A stretch of DNA of 64,000 bases from an uncultured Heliomicrobium sp. Lineage in GTDB: Bacteria > Acidobacteriota > Blastocatellia > RBC074. The notes below the pieces were generated by a model that searched no databases, had not been told where the DNA came from, and saw only the letters and a list, made by a program, of their open reading frames with translations. Below are positions 59,938-64,000 of the stretch, in pieces (position 1 is the first letter of the stretch; every line of letters starts with the position of its first letter). The DNA lies in the NCBI GenBank assembly GCA_964470555.1, contig CAYYDG010000002.1:81050-145049 (forward strand), given 5' to 3'. Position numbers and translations under genes: made by a program.

Positions 59938-60433
59938 GCGCAAAGTTGCAGAAACGCTGATCAAGTCCGTCTTAGCAAACGATTTGTCTGGTCTTGAGTT
60001 GTTGCTGAGCGAAAGGGTTGATTTGAATTCAACCGACGATCATGGCGTAACAGCATTAATGATTGCGGCAGGGCGAGGAAAGCTGGAGCTTGTGCGACTG
60101 CTTTTGACCAGTGGAGCGGACGTCAACATTCAGGATTTCCAGGGCAAGTGGCCGTCGGCTGGCAAAACTGCGTTGATGTTTGCGGCGACTGGCGGTCATA
60201 CCGAAATTGCGAAAATGTTGATTGCAAATGGCGCAAATGTGGATGCTAAAGACAATGAAGGCGAGACAGCGTTGATGCAAGCTGCATTCAATGGTCAGAT
60301 CGCGATTGTCGAGTTACTACTTACAGCCGGAGCCAGCGTGAATTTGCAGAATTCAGAGGGAGAAACCGCTGCGACTTTGGCTGAGAACATTGGCCAAGTC
60401 AGGATTAGCGAGTTACTGAAAAGGGGATCATGA
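59879..60433 (+). CDS. ankyrin repeat protein
   Basis: Four to five ANK repeats (G.TALM.AA..G....V.LLL..GA.VN). The true start is probably downstream of 59879, possibly non-ATG, near the permease stop. Confidence 0.7.
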   Translation: MRREFQFSICGNGANLNKVKRKVAETLIKSVLANDLSGLELLLSERVDLNSTDDHGVTALMIAAGRGKLELVRLLLTSGADVNIQDFQGKWPSAGKTALMFAATGGHTEIAKMLIANGANVDAKDNEGETALMQAAFNGQIAIVELLLTAGASVNLQNSEGETAATLAENIGQVRISELLKRGS

Positions 60434-61509
60434 AAAACAGCGTTTACATGACCTGGGCGAAGTATCACGCTTCGGCTCGGTACAATCTGGCGAACAGCGG
60501 AATTCTCGGTTGCGACTTGAACGATCTGACGATCACGCTCGATGACGTTGCGATTAACGGTCCGAATCACGAAGGGTACGCGCCGTTGAAAGAAGCCATT
60601 GCGGCAAAGTATGGCGTGACGCCGGAGAATGTTGTTCCGGCGCAGGGAACTTCGATGGCGAATTTTCTGGCGATGGCGACCGTCGTCCAACGCGGTGACG
60701 AAGTGTTGATCGAACAGCCGACGTACGAACCGATGCTGGCGGCGCTTGGCTATTTGGGCGCGGAGGTCAAACGATTTTCGCGCAGCTTCGAGAACGGCTA
60801 TCAAATTGATCTTGGTGAATTGCAGCGGCTGATTTCGCCGCGAACCAAATTGATCGTCATCACCAGCCCGCACAATCCCAGCGGAGTGGCCATCAAAAAT
60901 TTTGCGTTGAAGCAGATTGGCGAACTGGCTGAAGCTGTCGGCGCTCGCGTGTTGGTGGACGAAGTTTACCGCGACATCTTGTTCGAAGAAGCCGAAGCTT
61001 GCGCGGCAACGCTTGGCGATCAATTTCTGACGACCAGCAGTTTGACGAAAAGTTACGGTTTGAGCGGATTGCGCTGCGGTTGGATTTTGTGTGCGCCGGA
61101 ATTGGCGGAGCGAATGCGGCGGTTGAATGATTTGTTTGGCGCGGTGGGTTCCGTTCCCAGCGATACCTTGTCTGTTGCGGCATTCCGGCAACTGGATCGG
61201 CTGGAAACGCGCACGCGAGCAATGATCGAATCGAATACCAAATTGGTTCATGGTTTTTTGCGCGAACACCAAGACCTGCTGGAATGCGTTGTGCCGTCGC
61301 GTTCGATGATTGTTTTTCCGCGACTGAAAAATCATCAGGACGCACAGTTATTGCACGACCGGTTGCGACAATTGGAAACTTCAATCGTGCCGGGAAAATT
61401 CTTTGAATCGCCGCGACATTTCCGGCTGGGCTTTGCCGTCAAGCCGGAAGATGTTGAAATCGGGCTGCAAAATTTGTCGAAAATGTTGCGCAGCCTGATT
61501 GATTGTTGA
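60430..61509 (+). CDS. pyridoxal phosphate-dependent aminotransferase (class I/II)
   Basis: SPHNPSG and SLTKSYGLSGLRCGW (PLP-Lys) blocks. Confidence 0.85.
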   Translation: MKNSVYMTWAKYHASARYNLANSGILGCDLNDLTITLDDVAINGPNHEGYAPLKEAIAAKYGVTPENVVPAQGTSMANFLAMATVVQRGDEVLIEQPTYEPMLAALGYLGAEVKRFSRSFENGYQIDLGELQRLISPRTKLIVITSPHNPSGVAIKNFALKQIGELAEAVGARVLVDEVYRDILFEEAEACAATLGDQFLTTSSLTKSYGLSGLRCGWILCAPELAERMRRLNDLFGAVGSVPSDTLSVAAFRQLDRLETRTRAMIESNTKLVHGFLREHQDLLECVVPSRSMIVFPRLKNHQDAQLLHDRLRQLETSIVPGKFFESPRHFRLGFAVKPEDVEIGLQNLSKMLRSLIDC

Positions 61510-61553
61510 GCGAGTCAGCGTTGCGTGCGGCGACAGGTGGATGGAAAAACATA

Positions 61554-62423
61554 ATGTCCTCAATCGAACTCAAAACAATTGGCGTCGTTGTCGGGCCTCA
61601 GAAAACCGAAGCCTGGCAATTGGCGAGTCAACTTGGCGAATGGTGTCAAACGCGCGGAATGCTGATGAAGCTGCGCGCGAACGCAGAAGTGGCTGGCTTT
61701 GAATCGCTGGACGAACACGATGGCGAGCTTGCGGAAGACGTTGACCTGATTGTTTCGCTGGGCGGCGATGGAACTATGCTCAGCGTAGCGCGATATGTCG
61801 GGACGCGGCAGGTTCCGGTGCTGGGCGTCAATCTGGGATCGTTGGGTTATCTGACCGAATTCACCAAAGAAGAATTGTTTTCGGCGCTGGAAGAATTGCG
61901 CGAAGGCAGTTTTGATCTAGACCGGCGAATGCTGTTGGATGTGCGGCTGACGCGAGGGGGGGAAATCATTGCTTCGCAGCGTGCGCTCAACGAAGCGGTG
62001 GTCAATTTCGGGTCGCCGGTGCGAATGGTTGAACTGGAATGCCTCATCAACGGCATGTTTGTGAACAGTTTTCGCGCCGACGGGATGATTCTGGCGACGC
62101 CTACAGGTTCGACGGCGTATTCGCTTTCTGCCGGAGGCCCGATTGTGCATCCCGGCATGTCGGCTATTTTGTTGACGCCGATTTGTCCGCACACGTTATC
62201 GAATCGCCCTGTGGTCGTACCCGGCGAAAGCGTGGTGGATTTGATTTTTCCTGCCGGCAACGACGGCGTGATGCTGACGGTGGATGGACAGGTGCAAGTC
62301 GCGTTGCAGCCCGGCGATCAGATTACGGTGTTGCGCAGCCAGACGACTTTCGATTTGATTCGTCCGACGAATCGAAATTACTTTGAAGTGTTGCGGCGAA
62401 AATTGAAATGGGGAACCAGATAA
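61554..62423 (+). CDS. nadK: NAD(+) kinase
   Basis: GGDGTML motif, NE..V and DG...TPTGSTAYS..AGGP blocks. Start at MSSIELK (ATG 61554). Confidence 0.9.
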   Translation: MSSIELKTIGVVVGPQKTEAWQLASQLGEWCQTRGMLMKLRANAEVAGFESLDEHDGELAEDVDLIVSLGGDGTMLSVARYVGTRQVPVLGVNLGSLGYLTEFTKEELFSALEELREGSFDLDRRMLLDVRLTRGGEIIASQRALNEAVVNFGSPVRMVELECLINGMFVNSFRADGMILATPTGSTAYSLSAGGPIVHPGMSAILLTPICPHTLSNRPVVVPGESVVDLIFPAGNDGVMLTVDGQVQVALQPGDQITVLRSQTTFDLIRPTNRNYFEVLRRKLKWGTR

Positions 62424-62512
62424 AACAATGAATTCAGAATGATGAACTGATGTTACGCACGCAGTTTTTTAGTAAGCCGCTTGACACTGATATTGCACTT
62501 TAGAATTCCTCG

Positions 62513-62600
62513 TTCACCGCTGAGACGCAGAGTTTCGCAGAGGTTTCGCAGAGGCTGTTCTCCGCGTCTCCTCTGCGCTCTTTGCGCCTCTGCGGTGAAA
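62513..62600. repeat. REP-like nested palindromic repeat family 1, copy C
   Basis: tcaccgctgagacgcagagtttcgcagaggtttcgcagagg...gcgtctcctctgcgctctttgcgcctctgcggtgaaagag. The outer arms tcaccgc...gcggtga and inner arms gagacgc/gcgtctc pair. Confidence 0.6.
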
Positions 62601-62745
62601 GAGCCTGTCTTTATTGGCGATTATCGAGTCAAACATCTTCACAAAACTTTGGGTGCGTAACGTGAGTGATGAATTCTCTCGTTGAAGATTCGGTTGTTTC
62701 TTCAATTCTTCCTTCTACTTTTATCCTTCCGAATTTGGAGGAAAG

Positions 62746-63477
62746 ATGCTTTTTCCAATCGGTGACGACAATTCCGAACGGCATTCCACGCCTGTGGTGA
62801 CGTACGCCCTGATCGGCGTCAACGTGCTGTTTTTCATCTATCAGTACCTGAACCCGGCGTTCACGTATGGATACAGTTATATCCCGGCGGAAATTGCCAG
62901 TGGGCGCGATCTGGTGGGAACGTTCACGGTCGGCGGCGGGCGAGTTGAATTACTCCCGGGCCCCGTGCCGATTTACCTGACGTTGTTGTTTGCGATGTTC
63001 ATGCACGGCGACCTGATGCACATCGGCGGCAACATGCTCTACCTTTGGATTTTCGGCGACAACGTCGAAGACCGCATGGGGAAAACGCGATTTCTGATTT
63101 TCTATTTGCTGTGCGGATTGTTGGCCAGCGCCGCGCAGATCGTCGTCAAACCGGATTCGGTGATTCCGAATCTGGGAGCGTCGGGCGCGATTGCAGGTGT
63201 GCTGGGCGGGTATCTGGTTCTGTTTCCGCACCAGGCTGTGCGCGTGTTGATGTGGGGACGCATCACGGAAGTGCCCGCGATTCTGGCCATAGGGTTGTGG
63301 GGAGTGATGCAGTTTCTGGGCGGATTTGGGCAACTGTCGGCTCGCGGCGATAGCGGCGGCGTCGCATATATGGCGCACGTCGGAGGTTTTGTCGCTGGAA
63401 TCGCGCTGGTTTTCTTTTTCCGCGACAACAATCGTCAACCACGTCAACCTATTCGTCCTGCACGTCAATATAGATGA
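62746..63477 (+). CDS. rhomboid family intramembrane serine protease
   Basis: Six TM. GASGAIAGVLGGY (GxSG catalytic Ser) and downstream His in AHVGGFVAG. Confidence 0.85.
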   Translation: MLFPIGDDNSERHSTPVVTYALIGVNVLFFIYQYLNPAFTYGYSYIPAEIASGRDLVGTFTVGGGRVELLPGPVPIYLTLLFAMFMHGDLMHIGGNMLYLWIFGDNVEDRMGKTRFLIFYLLCGLLASAAQIVVKPDSVIPNLGASGAIAGVLGGYLVLFPHQAVRVLMWGRITEVPAILAIGLWGVMQFLGGFGQLSARGDSGGVAYMAHVGGFVAGIALVFFFRDNNRQPRQPIRPARQYR

Positions 63478-63483
63478 ATGGCG

Positions 63484-64000
63484 ATAGTTTGAGATGAACG
63501 AAAACTACAAGCTGATTACCGATGCCGCTGACATACCGCAAATCGCCGACGATCTGCGCGCGCAGTCGGTGATTGGTTTGGACACTGAAACGACCGGGCT
63601 TGATCCGCACACGTCCAAATTGCGATTGCTGCAATTGGCCACACCCGATGCCAGCTACATTCTGGATTGCTTTCGTCTGTTACCCGAACAGCTTGCGCCG
63701 TTGCGCGAATTGATCTCCGCCGAACAACCAACCAAGATCGCTCACAACGCCAAATTCGACGGCAAGTTTTTGCTCAAGCATCTGGGCTGGCGGTTGACTG
63801 GAATCTTCGACACGTATCTGGCCAGCGTGCTGATTGCCGCGGGCGATGAAAATACGCGACACGGATTGGAGCCGGTAGTCAGCCGGTTTCTGAATCAGCA
63901 ACTCAACAAAGACGCGCAACTCAGCAACTGGGGGGGCGAATTGACGCGCAATCAGTTGGAATATGCCGCGCGCGACGCTCAGGTGTTGTTGCCGTTGCGC
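63484..64000 (+). CDS. rnd: ribonuclease D (DEDDy 3'-5' exonuclease), N-terminal part; continues beyond window end
   Basis: Exo I GLDTET, Exo II HNAKFD and Exo III YAARDA motifs. No stop before 64000. Confidence 0.8.

Overview
This is a 64 kb, high-GC (about 57-60%) bacterial chromosomal segment. Tat-signal DUF1501 paralogs, many secreted beta-propeller proteins, a PQQ-like propeller and a heptose/LPS core set suggest an Acidobacteriota-like organism. This guess is low-confidence and made without a database search.

The backbone is housekeeping. It carries cobalamin-dependent methionine synthase metH, a YitJ-type homocysteine methyltransferase/MTHFR fusion, tRNA-Ser(GCU), and rpsO-pnp with terminators. 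It also carries eda, nadK, gmhA/gmhB with a GT9 heptosyltransferase, an LD-carboxypeptidase, AlkB, a deoxyhypusine-synthase-like gene, and a sensor kinase with a sigma-54 activator. Further backbone genes are a rhomboid protease and RNase D (partial at the window end).

Accessory modules are interspersed, several with visibly lower GC:
- a RelA/SpoT small-alarmone-synthetase-like gene translationally coupled to a small ORF (toxSAS-like), next to a B3 metallo-beta-lactamase
- a UvrD-like helicase coupled to a Cas4/AddB-type Fe-S PD-(D/E)XK nuclease
- ParE/antitoxin and HicB/HicA toxin-antitoxin pairs
- an HNH-endonuclease fusion protein wedged upstream of metH
- a Y1 (RAYT/IS200-like) transposase flanked by about 45 bp inverted repeats, an amber-interrupted Uma2 endonuclease gene and an orphan RHH ORF

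At least two families of REP-like palindromic intergenic repeats are present. The most notable accessory module is a low-GC three-gene overlapping cassette at 28169-29747, inserted between two tandem DUF1501 paralogs. Its last gene carries an Rx6H HEPN-like motif. I consider this cassette the best candidate for an undescribed toxin/defence-type system. No CRISPR array and no rRNA were found.
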